Assembly: GCA_021803945.1 (NCBI GenBank)
Contig: JAJZKW010000004.1
Coordinates: 310 to 64,309 of the forward strand
Reading direction: 5' to 3'
DNA length: 64,000 bases
Origin: Candidatus Micrarchaeota archaeon
Lineage (GTDB): Archaea; Micrarchaeota; Micrarchaeia; Micrarchaeales; CABMGC01
Below are positions 61,474 through 64,000 of this stretch, in pieces. Each line of letters opens with the position of its first letter. Within the stretch, counting starts at the first letter, position 1. The notes under the pieces were generated by a model that was not told where the DNA came from, ran no database searches, and was given only the letters and a program-made list of their open reading frames with translations. The position numbers were made by a program, and so were the translations under genes.

Positions 61474-62867
61474 TGGCGTTTATGAAAAAGATCAATCTTA
61501 GACCAATGCTCAAGCCTGCATCAGTAGCCATAATCGGAGCATCAAGGGACCCGGAGAAAGTTGGCCACGTGATACTCCAGAACTATCTTAATGCAGGATA
61601 CTCTGGCAAACTATATGCAGTAAACAAGAACGCAGGCGCAGAGATAAGCGGCATAAAGGTATTCGGCAGCGTACTAGAAATAAAACAGGAGATAGACCTG
61701 GCAGTAATAGCAATACCTGCGCAGTTTGTGCCCGAGGCCATGGAGGAATGCGGAAAGGCAGGGGTAAAGACCGCGATTGTCGTGAGCGGCGGATTCGCAG
61801 AGACTGGAAACAAGGAGCTCCAGGACCGGCTCGTCAAAGTGGCGGAGAAGTACAACATGCCAACTCTCGGACCTAACTGCCTCGGAGTGATGGACCCGAG
61901 GTCAAGGATCGACACGCTCTTCCTCCCTACATACAAGCTTAGCCGCCCTTCTGTCGGAGGCGTTAGCTTCGTATGCCAGAGCGGAGCCGTAGGCAGCACT
62001 GTACTCGACCTGATATCTGGAGAGGGTTTTGGCCTGTCAAAATTCATATCATATGGGAACGCAGCCAACGTAGACGAAGTCGATATACTCAATTACCTGA
62101 TGGACGACGAAGAGACCAAGGTAATCATAATGTACGTCGAAGGGATAAAGCGGGGAAAGGAGTTCATAGAGATAGCAAAAAAGATCACCAAAGTGAAGCC
62201 CGTCGTGGTCCTGAAGGCCGGAAGGACGCCAGCAGGCATAGCGGCAGCCCACTCCCACACCGCAGCGCTTGCTGGTGACTACGAGACGCACGAATCAATA
62301 TTCAGGCAATTCGGCTTCACTGTCGCAGAAGACATAAACGACCTGCTGAACTACGCAAAGATATTCAGCTCAGAAAGCCTTCCCACCGGGAACAAGGTCG
62401 CCGTAATCACTAATGGCGGAGGGGTTGGGGTGCTCACAGCAGACGAGATAAGCATGTCAGGATGCCTTGAAATGAGCAAATTCACAAAGAGGAGCTGCGA
62501 CGCCCTGAGGAAAATTATGCCTGCGCTCGTAAATATACGGAACCCCCTCGACCTGGCAGGCGATGCAGACGGGGAGCGGTACAGCGACGCACTCTCGGTG
62601 CTCAGCACAGACGATAACATAGACATTTTTGTGATAATCACGCTGTTTCAGACTCCAGGGGCCGATTCGAGGGCAGCCGCGAGCCTTATAAGCTTCAAGG
62701 AAAAGACAGACAAGCCGATGATAGACATCAGCATCGGGGCGGAGTACACAAGGATGCACAGGATAATGATGGAAAGCTCTGGATTGCCGGTCTACGATTC
62801 TCCGCTCGCAGCGATAAGCTCACTATCAGCCCTGCTCAAGTACTCAATATACAAAAACAGAAAATAA
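61473..62867 (+). CDS. acdA: ADP-forming acetyl-CoA synthetase, alpha subunit (CoA-binding plus ligase-CoA domains)
   Basis: LKPASVAIIGASRDPEKVGH, GPNCLGVM and the phosphohistidine loop AAAHSHTAALAG. The likely ATG is at 61482; the track start 61473 is a GTG that overlaps the acdB stop. Confidence 0.8.
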   Translation: MAFMKKINLRPMLKPASVAIIGASRDPEKVGHVILQNYLNAGYSGKLYAVNKNAGAEISGIKVFGSVLEIKQEIDLAVIAIPAQFVPEAMEECGKAGVKTAIVVSGGFAETGNKELQDRLVKVAEKYNMPTLGPNCLGVMDPRSRIDTLFLPTYKLSRPSVGGVSFVCQSGAVGSTVLDLISGEGFGLSKFISYGNAANVDEVDILNYLMDDEETKVIIMYVEGIKRGKEFIEIAKKITKVKPVVVLKAGRTPAGIAAAHSHTAALAGDYETHESIFRQFGFTVAEDINDLLNYAKIFSSESLPTGNKVAVITNGGGVGVLTADEISMSGCLEMSKFTKRSCDALRKIMPALVNIRNPLDLAGDADGERYSDALSVLSTDDNIDIFVIITLFQTPGADSRAAASLISFKEKTDKPMIDISIGAEYTRMHRIMMESSGLPVYDSPLAAISSLSALLKYSIYKNRK

Positions 62868-62869
62868 GC

Positions 62870-63406
62870 ATGTCTGCCAAATCCGATTTCATAATAAGGG
62901 ATGTCCGAATACGCGATTCGGAAGGGATAATCAATCTATACTATTCATACTACGAAGAGCTGGGTGCAAACCCAAGTCTAGGCCTTGTCTTATACCGTCG
63001 CAAGCCAGACTTCAGGCAGGAATCGGAATGGTTCAAAGCAGCATACAAGCAGATAGGGCTGGGCAACAGCATAGCCCTCGTAGCAGAAGCAGACGGAAAG
63101 ATTGTAGGTCTGTGCGATGTAGTAAGGATAAAGCCTGGCACAAGCGCAGACCATGTGGGCCAGATAGGCATAGCCATAAAGAAAGAATACAGGTCACGCG
63201 GCATAGGCAGGGCCCTAATGTCCGAGGCGATAAAGCGGTCGAAGGGGAAATTCGAGCAGCTTATACTTAATGTATTCGAGAACAATAGAACGGCCCTTAG
63301 CCTGTACAAAAAGCTGGGCTTCAGGGAGTTCGGGACCTTAAGAATGTCGCAAAAGAGAGGCAACAGGTATTTCAACGAGAAATATCTCTATCTAAGAATC
63401 AAATAG
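62870..63406 (+). CDS. GNAT-family N-acetyltransferase
   Basis: Acetyl-CoA-binding motif A IAIKKEYRSRGIGRALMSEAI and C-terminal NNRTALSLYKKLGFREFG. Lies 2 nt after the acdA stop. Confidence 0.8.
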   Translation: MSAKSDFIIRDVRIRDSEGIINLYYSYYEELGANPSLGLVLYRRKPDFRQESEWFKAAYKQIGLGNSIALVAEADGKIVGLCDVVRIKPGTSADHVGQIGIAIKKEYRSRGIGRALMSEAIKRSKGKFEQLILNVFENNRTALSLYKKLGFREFGTLRMSQKRGNRYFNEKYLYLRIK

Positions 63407-63446
63407 ACAAACACGCAGGCTTGGCAGGCTCAATACATCTCCGCAC

Positions 63447-64000
63447 TCATCCGACTAGCCGCTCCAGCGCATTCTTCACTGCTTTATCCTTGTTCGCATC
63501 AGAGCCAAGTATCTCAAACAGCTCCGCAGCGCTAAGATTACCCAGATCAACCTTTGCACCGGCTATCTTTTCGATGAATACTGCCAGGCCGTAATCCCTG
63601 ACCGACATCCTCTCAAACATTGCAGATTCAGCCACAGTTGCTGCATCCGCTTCCTGACCACCGACAACAGGCTTCGATATCTCAATCACAGCAAGGTCCT
63701 TGTACCTCCTTGGTATGTCATTGAGCTCAAGCTCGATGTCCGCTGACCTCTTGCTCTTTCCTTCCACAACAATCCTTATCACCGGCCTTCCGTTCCCGGA
63801 TTTTATTACGCCATCAATGTCTTTCCTGAGCTTCTCAACGAACTCCCCGTCCTTCGCCGAGCTCAAACCCGCCCTGAGTATCACGAACCTCCTCGAATTT
63901 ATCTTTTCAAACCTGTAGGTGTAGGTTTTTGTATCGAAGAGCCAGAATCCTTTCGCCTCCTGCTCCCCTGGCTTTAGCTGCGTGAGCACCGTGCTGCCCG
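63447..64000 (-). CDS. mre11: Probable Mre11-family nuclease, C-terminal part only (gene continues beyond the window)
   Basis: The frame is open through position 64000; the track Met at 63989 is a GTG within the frame. ...GSTVLTQLKPGEQEAKGFWLFD... resembles the PGSxxxTSLxxGEaxxKxxxL block that follows the Mre11 phosphoesterase domain. Confidence 0.45.
   Translation of the reverse strand, partial: GSTVLTQLKPGEQEAKGFWLFDTKTYTYRFEKINSRRFVILRAGLSSAKDGEFVEKLRKDIDGVIKSGNGRPVIRIVVEGKSKRSADIELELNDIPRRYKDLAVIEISKPVVGGQEADAATVAESAMFERMSVRDYGLAVFIEKIAGAKVDLGNLSAAELFEILGSDANKDKAVKNALERLVG

Noticed and set aside
1-64000. Search for CRISPR arrays, IS elements, transposases, integrases, rRNA genes and known multi-gene defence systems.
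   Set aside because: No regularly spaced direct repeats, no terminal inverted repeats flanking a transposase-like ORF, no integrase or recombinase motifs and no rRNA-like sequence were seen by eye. A computational repeat scan could still find short arrays I missed.

Overview
Compact archaeal chromosomal segment. Coding density is above 90 %, AT-rich TATA-type promoters sit about 20-27 nt upstream of start codons, and many genes overlap by 1-30 nt. No homology search was possible. Every call rests on reading the translations and nucleotide patterns by eye. Content is mainly housekeeping: secY (partial), a wHTH-grpE-dnaK-dnaJ operon, the rpoD-tRNALeu-L18e-L13-S9-rpoN-S2 block, radA, dph5, ilvE, L44e/aIF2alpha/PAC2, GINS, TFE, RNase P Pop5/Rpp30, prefoldin beta, an Lhr-type helicase, gyrB-gyrA, ADP-forming acetyl-CoA synthetase plus a GNAT, partial mre11 and five intron-less tRNAs. 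There is also a dense set of thymidylate-metabolism genes (deoC, glyA, double-length thyX, tdk, NT5C-like, tmk, dcd). A three-unit tRNA splicing endonuclease, a thermopsin-like protease, DUF929, bacterial-type gyrase and class-III-signal pilin-like proteins suggest an acidophilic DPANN (Micrarchaeota/ARMAN-like) or Thermoplasmata-related organism; this is inference only. No CRISPR array, IS element, integrase, rRNA or recognisable defence system was found. The most unusual signal is non-genic. At about 45.0 kb the strand composition flips abruptly and independently of gene orientation (plus strand G+T-rich to the left, A+C-rich to the right). The flip falls on a 126-nt spacer with a 14-nt inverted repeat around an ~87 % A+T core, followed by a >90 % A+C tract. 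This is a candidate replication origin; the alternatives are a terminus/dif region or an inversion or assembly breakpoint. Other items worth a second look: a low-GC island encoding a 920-aa tandem (degenerate plus intact) metallophosphoesterase with a coiled-coil insertion; a DUF929 CxxC protein paired with a CxC membrane protein; an unfused Pat-like ACD-beta/ACD-alpha/GNAT triplet; one pilin-type globular domain used in three different protein architectures; and several orphan genes in low-GC patches.
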